A stretch of DNA of 64,000 nt from an uncultured Acidobacteriota bacterium (lineage in GTDB: Bacteria; Acidobacteriota; UBA6911), in the NCBI GenBank assembly GCA_963809485.1, contig CAWEJX010000006.1, positions 64,001-128,000 of the forward strand. The letters run 5' to 3'. The stretch's first letter is position 1. Every line of letters begins with the position of its first letter. Made by a program: the position numbers and the translations under genes. The notes under the pieces are model-generated. The model made no database searches and was not told where the DNA came from. It saw only the letters and a program-made list of their open reading frames with translations. This document shows, piece by piece, positions 23,598 to 32,764 of the stretch.

Positions 23598-23997
23598 ATT
23601 ACATTGGTAAATCCCCGGCTTTGCCGGAGGACTCAAAGAGATTGACAACTCCGTATTTTGAAACGCTGAGATACGCTGATAAAAGCGCTGACAAACGCCG
23701 ATTTGTTCGGCGTGGGTCGGCGAGCAAAAGCCGATGAGGCGCTTCCGATGGAGTTTTCTGCGGCGGCACTGTGGCAAACGCCCGGTTTCTCATACCCTTC
23801 ATCTGCTTGCCGCACGGCGCTTGCCACAGTGCCGCCGCAGAAAACTGTCCAGCGCGGAGCGCTGGCCCCTGCGGGGATCGGAAGCGCCTCATCGGTTTTT
23901 GCCCGCGTAAGTCAGCGTTCAAGACCGGCGTAACTGGTCCAACCGCTTTGAGCGGTTCAAATCTTTCAAGCCTCCGGCTTTGCCGGAGGTACCTGAT
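23598..23997 (+). mobile_element. Non-autonomous IS200/IS605-end element, long form with nested 26-bp inverted repeats, copy B
   Basis: Same ends as copy A, plus internal IRs 23724-23749/23877-23902 and 23752-23777/23821-23846. Confidence 0.82.
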
Positions 23998-24552
23998 TGA
24001 AATTCTCCCCCTCAGCACCGCCCCTGTTTTTCAACGGATTTTCAGCCCAGGCGCATATCCGGGCGTCTCCGTTCAGGCCGCAGGTTGCGGGTTACCCGGG
24101 GCTTGCGATAAGATCCGTGGCCTTCAATCAGGAGCCCGTGTGCCCACCTGAGCCTTTGCAGCAGGAAAGCCGTAAGAAATAACGGCTAATACCCTGAAAG
24201 CGCCGGAGCAATTCATACGAAAAACTTAGAAACCAGTTGCGAAAAATGGCCTTCGATGTTATAAATAAAATCGGAACGAAATAGGTTCTCTTCCGTATTA
24301 ATCGGGCGTTAACGGGCGGTTCAAGATGTTCCAACCAAATACACGAGGTGATCAATTTGAATCTACAAAAAATCATCCCGCCCGCTGAAACTATTCGCTG
24401 GCTTCGACTATCTAAATATAGGATGGAAACATCCTAGCATATGGAGAGGTCGGAATCGAAGGCACTGAGCGCCCTTAAGTCATTACAATAGAAGGCTTTG
24501 TTTAGAAAAAGGGAGTTTTCCGATAGAATCTCCTTAAAGGATAATACTAACC

Positions 24553-26154
24553 ATGATCGAGCTAGAACAAGAAGAATATCTGGAGGAAACCGAATACGAC
24601 TCCATAAATTTGGATGAAGATGATTCGGCGAATTCAGATGCGTTTCCAGGTCTGACGCGGGCTAATTATGTGGATAGAGTGCGGTTTACCCGCGTCCCCA
24701 ACGAAGACAGGACGGTGGCCAAAGGGGAGGAATCCACAGCTTCGGGAGATCCTCTTTACATCTATTACAGAAGCATGAGCAAGATACCTCTGCTGACGCG
24801 CGAAGAGGAAGTGTATCTGGCCAAAAAAATTGAGTCGGCAAAACTCAATACGCTCAGACTTCTGTCGCTGACAACAATTAACTCATTTAAAATCATGGAA
24901 ATATCGGATGAGCTCCAGCCTGTAGGAGTGCCCGCCGCCATACCGCAGTTTGGTGTTGAGGAAAAGAGGGACGCGGAAAGCGATGTTTCCCTGGAGGAGC
25001 GTACTCGGATGCGCCTCCGGAAGATTCGGCGGATTGTAAATCGTCTTGAGAAACTGGAGGCCAAATACCGGACGGCCAAAGGGAGCCTCCGGCGCGGCAA
25101 GTCCCAAAACGGGCATTCATGCAAGGATTTCAACAAAATCAAAAGCAACAGAGAGGCAATTTTCCTGTCCCTGAAGAGAATTGATTTTTCCGAAAGCCAG
25201 ATAGGGGTCCTGATCGGCAGCGTTGAAGAAGTTTTGCACAAGATGGAGGAAGCGCAGGCGGCGATCAAGCGCATGTCCGGTCGTCAGGATTCAAACAGCA
25301 AGGCGCTGAAGGAAGCAAAAATCCGGCACAACGAGCTGGAAGGACAGTATCTTACCAACGTCGAGGAACTGCGCAAGATTCTGGCGCTCATCAGTGAGAA
25401 CAAGATGGAAATGCTTCATGCCAAGGACCAGTTTGTACGTTCCAACCTGCGCCTGGTTCTGAGCATAGCGAAAAACTATTCCTATCCGGGGCTGGATCTC
25501 CTTGATCTTGTGCAGGAAGGCAACATCGGCCTCATGAAGGCCGTCGATAAATTTAACTACAGGCTCGGCCACAAATTTTCGACCTATGCGACCTGGTGGA
25601 TCCGGCAAAGCATTACCCGGGCGATCGCGGATCAGGGAAGGACCATAAGAATTCCCGTTCATATGGTGGAAGCTATGAACCGTGTCCTCAAGGTCGCCAA
25701 CGAGCTGACCAAGCGGATGGGCCGGGAACCGTCAGTTCATGAGTTGGCCAAGGAATTGAAAACGCCTGTCTCCAAAGTCACTCAGATTCTTAAAGCCGCT
25801 CAGGAACCGATTTCGCTTGAAGCCAGCATCGCGGACAACAAGGATGCCGTGCTCAATAAGTTCATCGAGGACAAAAACGCGATATCGCCCGATGAAGATG
25901 TGATGAAGCACAATCTTCGGGATGTGACCAATTCCGCGCTGCAGTCGCTGTCTCCGCGGGAACAGGAAATCGTGCGCATGCGCTACGGTTTGAACGAAAA
26001 CGGGAAGGAATACACGCTCCAGGAAGTGGGTGAGATATTTCAGGTAACCAGGGAGCGTATCCGTCAAATCGAGGAAAAAGCTCTTCTCAAACTCCGCAGC
26101 CCATACCGCTCCAACAGACTGCGCGAGTTTGCTGATTTCGTCAGCAAAAACTAG
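24553..26154 (+). CDS. RpoD-like sigma-70 factor (likely a secondary paralogue)
   Basis: Region 1.2 DPLYIYYRSMSKIPLLTREEE, long non-conserved region, QEGNIGLMKAVDKF, FSTYATWWIRQ, RTIRIPVHM, region 4 TLQEVG..VTRERIRQIE. Confidence 0.92.
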   Translation: MIELEQEEYLEETEYDSINLDEDDSANSDAFPGLTRANYVDRVRFTRVPNEDRTVAKGEESTASGDPLYIYYRSMSKIPLLTREEEVYLAKKIESAKLNTLRLLSLTTINSFKIMEISDELQPVGVPAAIPQFGVEEKRDAESDVSLEERTRMRLRKIRRIVNRLEKLEAKYRTAKGSLRRGKSQNGHSCKDFNKIKSNREAIFLSLKRIDFSESQIGVLIGSVEEVLHKMEEAQAAIKRMSGRQDSNSKALKEAKIRHNELEGQYLTNVEELRKILALISENKMEMLHAKDQFVRSNLRLVLSIAKNYSYPGLDLLDLVQEGNIGLMKAVDKFNYRLGHKFSTYATWWIRQSITRAIADQGRTIRIPVHMVEAMNRVLKVANELTKRMGREPSVHELAKELKTPVSKVTQILKAAQEPISLEASIADNKDAVLNKFIEDKNAISPDEDVMKHNLRDVTNSALQSLSPREQEIVRMRYGLNENGKEYTLQEVGEIFQVTRERIRQIEEKALLKLRSPYRSNRLREFADFVSKN

Positions 26155-26161
26155 GCAAAAT

Positions 26162-26189
26162 CCCGCGGCAGTCAAATCCCTGCCGCGGG
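26162..26189. terminator. Hairpin between convergent sigma and HU genes
   Basis: CCCGCGGCAG-tcaaatcc-CTGCCGCGGG. Confidence 0.65.
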
Positions 26190-26193
26190 TATC

Positions 26194-26466
26194 CTACCGT
26201 ACAGCCTTCTTCAAATCACTTCCGGGAGTAAATTTGGGAACTTTATGAGCGGGAATCTTGATCGGCATCCCGGTCTGAGGATTCCTTCCCATTCGAGGTT
26301 TTCGCTTCACAATTGAAAAAGTGCCGAAACCCACGATCACTACTTTCTGGCTCTTTTTCAGCGAAGCATGGATGCCCCCAATCAGAGAATTGAAGGCAGC
26401 CTCTGCCTGCGCTTTAGTAAGGCCGGCATCTTTTGCTATTCTTCCCACCAGATCACCCTTGTTCAA
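26194..26466 (-). CDS. hup: HU family DNA-binding protein (TTG start)
   Basis: MNKGDLV, VGFGTFS, GRNPQTG, VPKFTPGSDLKKAV. Confidence 0.95.
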   Translation of the reverse strand: MNKGDLVGRIAKDAGLTKAQAEAAFNSLIGGIHASLKKSQKVVIVGFGTFSIVKRKPRMGRNPQTGMPIKIPAHKVPKFTPGSDLKKAVR

Positions 26467-26566
26467 AGAGCCCCCCCTTTCTGCGCCACTTTTATCGGAT
26501 TTTTTAGGAAACGGCCGAGTAATAGCACCCTGATGTTATGGGAGTCAAGTGAAATCCTTGTAACTA

Positions 26567-26861
26567 GTTTCTGTCGCGAAACCGGTTTGTGCCGCGTAGC
26601 GGCACTATGATTTTAGCCCGGCCTTTCAAGGCCGGGAACCATGGTACAGCGAGCAGCGCGTCGCGTAGCGACGGCTGAATTCAGCCGTCGCTACCGACGA
26701 AAACTTAACTGCTTTCGATCCAGGCCTTAAAAGGCCTGGCTAAATTCAGCTGGCCGCTACGCGGCCTGACTCCAATTATCGGCTTCTATGTAATATCAAA
26801 TATCCTATTGACGGTTGAAAAATTTGGCTTTTTCACAAAACCCGAGTTTCGCGACAGAAAC
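26567..26861. mobile_element. MITE with 16-bp terminal inverted repeats and 6-bp target duplication, carrying REP-like palindromes
   Basis: TIR GTTTCTGTCGCGAAAC (26567-26582) and GTTTCGCGACAGAAAC (26846-26861), each flanked by TAACTA; no ORF. Confidence 0.8.
26591..26765. repeat. REP/BIME-like nested palindrome cluster (GTAG-containing)
   Basis: GCCGCGTAGCGGC..GCCGCTACGCGGC outer IR, CCCGGCCTTTCAAGGCCGGG and CCAGGCCTTAAAAGGCCTGG hairpins, central GTAGCGACGGCTGAATTCAGCCGTCGCTAC palindrome. Confidence 0.8.
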
Positions 26862-26991
26862 TAACTAGCGATGGGGACTTCATGCGCGGGATCCCCGCCA
26901 TTTTTACCCCGGGCGCGGGACTGTTCATGGGGGGCTCGTCCTGCTATTCTAAATTGCCTGAAGGAGGTCGCCTCGCAGGCCAGGAGAGTCC

Positions 26992-29160
26992 ATGCCCAAG
27001 AAACCGCTCTGTGTAGCATTCCTCTGGCATATGCATCAGCCGGATTACCAAGATCCCCGCTCCCGCGAACTGTTGCTTCCGTGGACAAGGTTTCATGCGG
27101 TCAAAGACTACTATGACATGGGCGCCCTGATTGAGCGGGAACCTCAGCTCCACGCAACCATCAACGTCGTGCCGTCGCTTGCGGAACAACTCGTGTCCTA
27201 TGGGGCCGGAACGGCTCGTGAGAGTTATGCCGATATCACGCTCCGGGATGCCTCTGAATTGAATGAGCACGAGAAATCCTTTTTGCTGCGCAAATTTTTT
27301 CAGTTGTCGCCGAAGCAGATGGTAGCGCCCTATCGCCGGTACCAGGAACTCCTGGACCGGCGGGGCCGCCCGGATCCATATGGGATTTACTCCACTGCGC
27401 TTCGACTCTATGGCGCGCAGGACTACCGCGACCTCCAGATGTGGTACAACCTTGCCTGGTGCGGGCAGGAACTGAGGCGGCATCCGGAAATTGCGGCCTT
27501 CCTGGCGCAGGGCAGAGGCTTCACGGAATCCGACAAAAAACGGCTTCTTGAGATCCAATACTCGTTTGCGGGGCGTATCCTTCCTTTTTACCGGAAACTT
27601 TGCGAATCGGGAAAGGTTGAACTCTCGGTTTCGCCTTACTTCCACCCGATACTCCCGCTGCTGTGCGATTCGCGCAGCGCGAGGGAATCCTTGCCCTCGC
27701 TCCCCCTTCCATCAAATCCTTTTGCATTCCCGGAGGACGCGAGGCAGCACATAAGCCGGGCGCTGCGGATTCATGCCCAATTCTTCGGCAGCGCCGCGCG
27801 CGGCATGTGGCCGTCCGAGGGTGCCGTCAGTGATGCGGTGCTTGCCCTGGCGCAGGAGCAAGGGGTGGAATGGCTGGCCTCGGATGAGATTGTGCTTTGG
27901 AATTCGCTTTTCAAAGGAGGCTATACGGCTGCTTTCCTGCCTCCAGACAGGAAATATTGCGCGTACCGATGGGGACAGGACGGTCCCTGCATTTTCTTCC
28001 GCGATCATGCGCTTTCGGACCTTTTCGGATTCTCCTATTGCCAGTGGAATGCTGCAGACGCCGCCGCCGACTTTCTACGCCGTCTTAATGCAATCCATCA
28101 AAGCCTGCCGGACGACGGGAGGCACTATGTCGTTCCCATAATTCTGGACGGTGAAAATGCATGGGAGCACTATCCCCATAATGCCTCCGACTTTCTGAGC
28201 CTCCTCTATCTCAGGCTATCGGAATCCGAAAGCCTGCGAACCGTGACATTTTCCGAATTCCTGGAACTCGAATCGCATCGGGAAGTTATAAAGTCGGTCA
28301 TGCCGGGCAGCTGGATCTATGGGAATCTTGCCACCTGGATCGGCCATCCGGAAAAAAACAGGGCCTGGGAAGAACTGACTGCCGCCCGCAGCTTATGGAA
28401 TTCGTTCCAGATGCGCGGCGATGCTGTGGCTGCCGCGGACGCAGCCTTCCGGGAAATCATGATCGCGGAAGGTAGCGATTGGTACTGGTGGTACGGCGAC
28501 GACCATCAGACGGAAAATGCCGCGGAATTTGACGCCCTGTTTCGCAGCCACCTGAAGAATGTTTACACCCTCCTCGGAGAAACCCCGCCGGTCAGGCTGG
28601 ATGAAGCAATCAAAAAGGTCGGGGCCCGCCCGAGCCATCAAAATCCGATGCACACGATTACGCCTAAACTCGATGGAAAAGTGACCGATTACTTTGAATG
28701 GCTGTCTGCAGGATTCACGGTACCGGGTGGAGGCGACTCCATGCATCGCACCGACAGGTTCCTGGACAAGGTGTTCTTCGGATTTGACCTGCAGTGCTTC
28801 TATTTTCGAATCGATCCGGTATCGGAAAAGATTGCGGATTTTTCGCCGGCCAGCTCCATCGAGGTGCAATTTGCATCCCCCGAAGAATGCCGCTTGGTCC
28901 TGGAATACACGGGGAGAAATTCCTGGAGCTGCAGGACGATTCAGTGGCCTCTGCCCGATCGGCAACCACGTTTCGCCGGAAACAAAATCCTGGAACTGGG
29001 GATTCCGCTCGAAGTTTTGGGCGTGAGCGAGCCTGTCGAGGTCGCATTCCTCATCCGCGTGCTGGATAATGGCCGGGAGGTGGAACGATTCCCCGCCTAC
29101 GGATTTTTATCCGTGCATACGGATCCATGGAGTTTGAATGAGCAGCAATGGATTGTTTGA
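26992..29160 (+). CDS. Glycoside hydrolase family 57 (amylopullulanase-like)
   Basis: WHMHQP, SPYFHPILPLL, GMWPSEGAVS, ILDGENAWEHY, AEGSDWYWW. Confidence 0.93.
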   Translation: MPKKPLCVAFLWHMHQPDYQDPRSRELLLPWTRFHAVKDYYDMGALIEREPQLHATINVVPSLAEQLVSYGAGTARESYADITLRDASELNEHEKSFLLRKFFQLSPKQMVAPYRRYQELLDRRGRPDPYGIYSTALRLYGAQDYRDLQMWYNLAWCGQELRRHPEIAAFLAQGRGFTESDKKRLLEIQYSFAGRILPFYRKLCESGKVELSVSPYFHPILPLLCDSRSARESLPSLPLPSNPFAFPEDARQHISRALRIHAQFFGSAARGMWPSEGAVSDAVLALAQEQGVEWLASDEIVLWNSLFKGGYTAAFLPPDRKYCAYRWGQDGPCIFFRDHALSDLFGFSYCQWNAADAAADFLRRLNAIHQSLPDDGRHYVVPIILDGENAWEHYPHNASDFLSLLYLRLSESESLRTVTFSEFLELESHREVIKSVMPGSWIYGNLATWIGHPEKNRAWEELTAARSLWNSFQMRGDAVAAADAAFREIMIAEGSDWYWWYGDDHQTENAAEFDALFRSHLKNVYTLLGETPPVRLDEAIKKVGARPSHQNPMHTITPKLDGKVTDYFEWLSAGFTVPGGGDSMHRTDRFLDKVFFGFDLQCFYFRIDPVSEKIADFSPASSIEVQFASPEECRLVLEYTGRNSWSCRTIQWPLPDRQPRFAGNKILELGIPLEVLGVSEPVEVAFLIRVLDNGREVERFPAYGFLSVHTDPWSLNEQQWIV

Positions 29161-29258
29161 CGGATGATGGGATTCTCTTTGGGGCAGTTTCTGGGAGTGG
29201 GGCTCCTGCAAAACCGGCATGAAGAGCTGTTTCGAATTCCAGACAGGGAGGTAGTGCG

Positions 29259-31418
29259 CTGAACGCAAATTTCACGGCATCGCATCGGGATGAAACTGCA
29301 GAGCTGCTGGCCAGGTTGAAAATTCTCGCGGGCAATCTGTGGTGGACCTGGAACCAGGAGTGCCAGGAGATTTTCCAGGAGCTTTCGCCCCGGGGTTGGC
29401 AGGACCTGTATCACAACGCCGTGGCCGTCCTCCAGGATATCTCGGAATATGAGCTTCGTACGCGGCTTCGGGATCCCGTATTTGCCCGGCATGTCCAGGG
29501 CGTTCTGGCCGCCTTCGATGCGTACATGAATCGAGGGGATACATGGGCGTCGCGCTACGCGCCCGGGTTTGCCCACTATCCTGTCGCCTACTTCACTGCC
29601 GAATACGGTTTTCACGAAACCCTGCCCATCGCCGCAGGAGGGCTCGGCATATTGTCGGGGGATCATGCCCGCTCTGCAAGCGATCTCGGCCTGGGCCTCG
29701 TAGGCGTCAGCCTGTTTTACCGGGAGGGCTATTTCCAGCAGGCGATCGATCCGGAAAACTTGCAGACGGAGTTCTACTCCCCGCTCAATCCGGCGGCGCT
29801 GCCGCTCGAGCCCGTGCTGAACCGTAACGGGGAGCGGCTGGTCGGCCAGGTGGAGATCAATCTGTCTCAGGTCTGTTTTCAGGCATGGAAAGTCAACGTC
29901 GGGCGCATCCCCATTTATTTGCTGGACGCCAACCGGCCCGAGAACGAACCGTTCCAAAGAGATCTGACGCTGCATGTTTACGGCGGCGACAGCTCGACCC
30001 GCATCATGCAGGAGATACTTTTGGGCGTGGGGGGGATCCGCCTCTTGCGTGCCCTCGGCATCGAACCTTCCGTCTATCATATGAACGAAGGTCATGTGGC
30101 ATTCCTCTCTCTGGAACTGATACGGGAAAAAATCGCGCAGGGTGGCACTTTCGAGGACGCACTTTCGAGGACGCGCCAGCAATGCGTTTTCACGACCCAC
30201 ACGCCCGTGGAGGCCGGCCACGACCGGTTCAGCCCGGAACTCACACAATATGCTTTGAAAGGATTGCAGCCCCGCGTGACATCCTCTTTCGATGAGCTGA
30301 TGGCGCTGGGGCGCGTCGACCCTTCCGATGATGAGGAACCTTTTTGCATGACCGTGCTGGCGCTGAAGACTTCGCGCGCGGCAAACGCTGTGAGTGAATT
30401 GCACGGGCGCATCAGCCGTAAGATGTGGCATGTGCTTTACCCCGAAAAACCTGTGGATGAGGTGCCCATCGGGCATATCACCAACGGCATCCATCTGATG
30501 GGATGGATGAAGGGCCCGGTGCGCAGCTTCTGGCGGCACAAACTGGGACCCGAGTGGGATAAAGACATAAACTCTCCAGCACTCTGGCAGCGCTTGCTGG
30601 AGCCGGAATTCATATCGGACGAGGAGATCTGGGCCCTGCGATACAGACTGCGGCGTGCGCTGATAGAGTTTGCAAGGCGCCGCATCCTTACGGGCCGCCG
30701 CTGGACTTTCGGCAGCGTGGACTCCTTCGACCGTATCCTGGATCCCGATGCTTTAACCATCGGATTTGCGCGCCGGTTCGCGACCTATAAGAGGCCCCCC
30801 CTGGTTTTTGAAGACTATGACACCATCATCAGACTGGCTACGGATCCGCTCCGGCCTGTTCAGTTCATCTTTTCCGGAAAAGCACACCCGGCGGACACCG
30901 AGGGCAAACGCTGCATCCAGAAAATAATTCATCTCAGCAAATTCAGCGAGCTGAGAGGACGCCTTGTCTTCCTGGAAAACTACGACGTTCATATTGCGCG
31001 CCAGATGATCTCCGGGTGTGATGTCTGGCTGAATAATCCCAGGCGCCCGATGGAGGCTTCAGGCACCAGCGGGCAGAAGATCATCTGCAACGGAGGATTG
31101 AACCTGAGTATCCTGGACGGCTGGTGGCGGGAAGCCTATGACGGGACGAATGGCTTTGCGATTGGGGAAGATGATCAGCCCGCATCCGTGGCGGAACAGG
31201 ACCGTCTGGACAACGCCAATTTATGCAAAGTTTTGAGTGAAGAAGTAATCCCTTGCTTCTACAACCGGGACGGACTCGGCATTCCCCGCGAATGGATAGC
31301 CAGGATCCGGCGCGCCATGGCGACCCTGCTTCCCCGGTTTACCACGTGGCGCATGGTGCAGGAGTATGTGTTTAAATACTACCTCCGGGATACCGACACC
31401 CCCAACCTCTGGCCCTAA
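29259..31418 (+). CDS. glgP: Alpha-glucan phosphorylase (start uncertain: CTG 29259 or TTG 29316)
   Basis: NLWWTWN, GGLGILSGDH, HMNEGH, FTTHTPV, GFARRFATYKR, EASGTSGQK. Confidence 0.95.
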   Translation: MNANFTASHRDETAELLARLKILAGNLWWTWNQECQEIFQELSPRGWQDLYHNAVAVLQDISEYELRTRLRDPVFARHVQGVLAAFDAYMNRGDTWASRYAPGFAHYPVAYFTAEYGFHETLPIAAGGLGILSGDHARSASDLGLGLVGVSLFYREGYFQQAIDPENLQTEFYSPLNPAALPLEPVLNRNGERLVGQVEINLSQVCFQAWKVNVGRIPIYLLDANRPENEPFQRDLTLHVYGGDSSTRIMQEILLGVGGIRLLRALGIEPSVYHMNEGHVAFLSLELIREKIAQGGTFEDALSRTRQQCVFTTHTPVEAGHDRFSPELTQYALKGLQPRVTSSFDELMALGRVDPSDDEEPFCMTVLALKTSRAANAVSELHGRISRKMWHVLYPEKPVDEVPIGHITNGIHLMGWMKGPVRSFWRHKLGPEWDKDINSPALWQRLLEPEFISDEEIWALRYRLRRALIEFARRRILTGRRWTFGSVDSFDRILDPDALTIGFARRFATYKRPPLVFEDYDTIIRLATDPLRPVQFIFSGKAHPADTEGKRCIQKIIHLSKFSELRGRLVFLENYDVHIARQMISGCDVWLNNPRRPMEASGTSGQKIICNGGLNLSILDGWWREAYDGTNGFAIGEDDQPASVAEQDRLDNANLCKVLSEEVIPCFYNRDGLGIPREWIARIRRAMATLLPRFTTWRMVQEYVFKYYLRDTDTPNLWP

Positions 31419-31681
31419 TCGGTTGCGAGATCCTCAGGCTTTGCGGGTGAGGCAGCACGAGTTTAACAAAGCATAAATTTTTTTGCTCCCAGGTCCCGGG
31501 CCGATGGAAGCACTTCAGAAAAAGTCAATCATGCGGACCTTTTATGCCGATTTCTATATCGGACGTTGATTTGCCGGGCCCGGGATGATAGCATCACGGG
31601 TTACTTTCGGGTCCGCACACATTTCAGCAGCAGGCTGAGGTTGAACGAGGCCGGACAAGCGCTGACAGTTGTAAGAAAAAT

Positions 31682-32707
31682 ATGCCGGAATTGCGCCACG
31701 ATCCCATTCAAAGACGCTGGGTTATCATAGCAGCAGAACGCGGCCGCAGGCCCGATGACTTCATCCGGGAAGAACCCCACCCCAATGGAGCCTTTTGCCC
31801 TTTCTGCGAAGGGAATGAAGGCAAGACGCCTCCCGAAATAACCGCTATCAGGAACGGGAGTCAGCCCAATCAGCCCGGATGGGAAGTGCGCGTCGTGCCC
31901 AACAAGTTTCCCGCGCTGCGCATCGAGGGGGGCCTCGATCGCAAGGGCCTTGGCGCCTATGACCGCATGAACGGCGTGGGGGCGCACGAGGTTATCATCG
32001 AGACGCCCCAGCACAACCTCAATCTGGCGGATGCGCCCGTGGAGCACATAAGAAAGGTTTTATGGACCTATAGGGAGCGGCTGGTGGACCTTCTGCGGGA
32101 TCAGCGCTTTAAATTTGTCCTGATTTTTAAAAATCACGGCGCAGCCGCAGGCGCCTCGATCTCTCATCCGCATACACAGATGATCGCGACGCCGGTCACT
32201 CCGCTGACGCTGGTGGAAGAACTGGTTTCCGCCAAGGATCATTACGTGAAAAAGGAGCGCTGCCTCTTTTGCGACCTGATTCAGCAGGAGCTGGATTCCG
32301 GAGACAGGATTGTTGCCGCCGGAGAACAATTCGTCGCACTGACTCCTTTTGCGTCCCGTTTCCCGTTTGAAATATTTATCGCGCCCCGCGCGCACCATTG
32401 CAGTTTTGCCGAAGCGAGCGACGAGATGCTTCACCATCTCGCCATCGTTCTGAAGGAGATTCTGCTCCGGGTCAAGAAGTGCCTCAAGGACCCGCCGTAT
32501 AATTTTCTTATTCACACGATTCCCAATGTCAGAGTGAAGCCCCGGCCCGCTTCCTATTGGGACACGATCGAACTGGACTTTCACTGGCATATCGAGTTCA
32601 TGCCCCGCCTTACGCAGGTAGCCGGTTTTGAGTGGGGGACCGGTTTTTACATCAATCCGACTTCGCCGGAAGACGCTGCGAAGTATCTTCGCGAGACAGA
32701 GCTGTAA
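31682..32707 (+). CDS. galT: GalT-family hexose-1-phosphate nucleotidylyltransferase (possibly ADP-glucose phosphorylase type)
   Basis: ELRHDP, CPFCEGNE, VPNKFPAL, GASISHPHTQ, AGFEWGTG. Confidence 0.88.
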   Translation: MPELRHDPIQRRWVIIAAERGRRPDDFIREEPHPNGAFCPFCEGNEGKTPPEITAIRNGSQPNQPGWEVRVVPNKFPALRIEGGLDRKGLGAYDRMNGVGAHEVIIETPQHNLNLADAPVEHIRKVLWTYRERLVDLLRDQRFKFVLIFKNHGAAAGASISHPHTQMIATPVTPLTLVEELVSAKDHYVKKERCLFCDLIQQELDSGDRIVAAGEQFVALTPFASRFPFEIFIAPRAHHCSFAEASDEMLHHLAIVLKEILLRVKKCLKDPPYNFLIHTIPNVRVKPRPASYWDTIELDFHWHIEFMPRLTQVAGFEWGTGFYINPTSPEDAAKYLRETEL

Positions 32708-32764
32708 CCCTTAATCATAAACGGACTCCGAGACTGCAGACTCCTGATTGATGAACGAGGACCT

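Noticed and set aside
23544-24151. Short ORFs overlapping the repeat elements (also near 10586-10956, 34363-34692, 43652-44323, 58195-58608)
   Set aside because: They recur only because the DNA repeat recurs; frames differ between copies and there are no transposase motifs.
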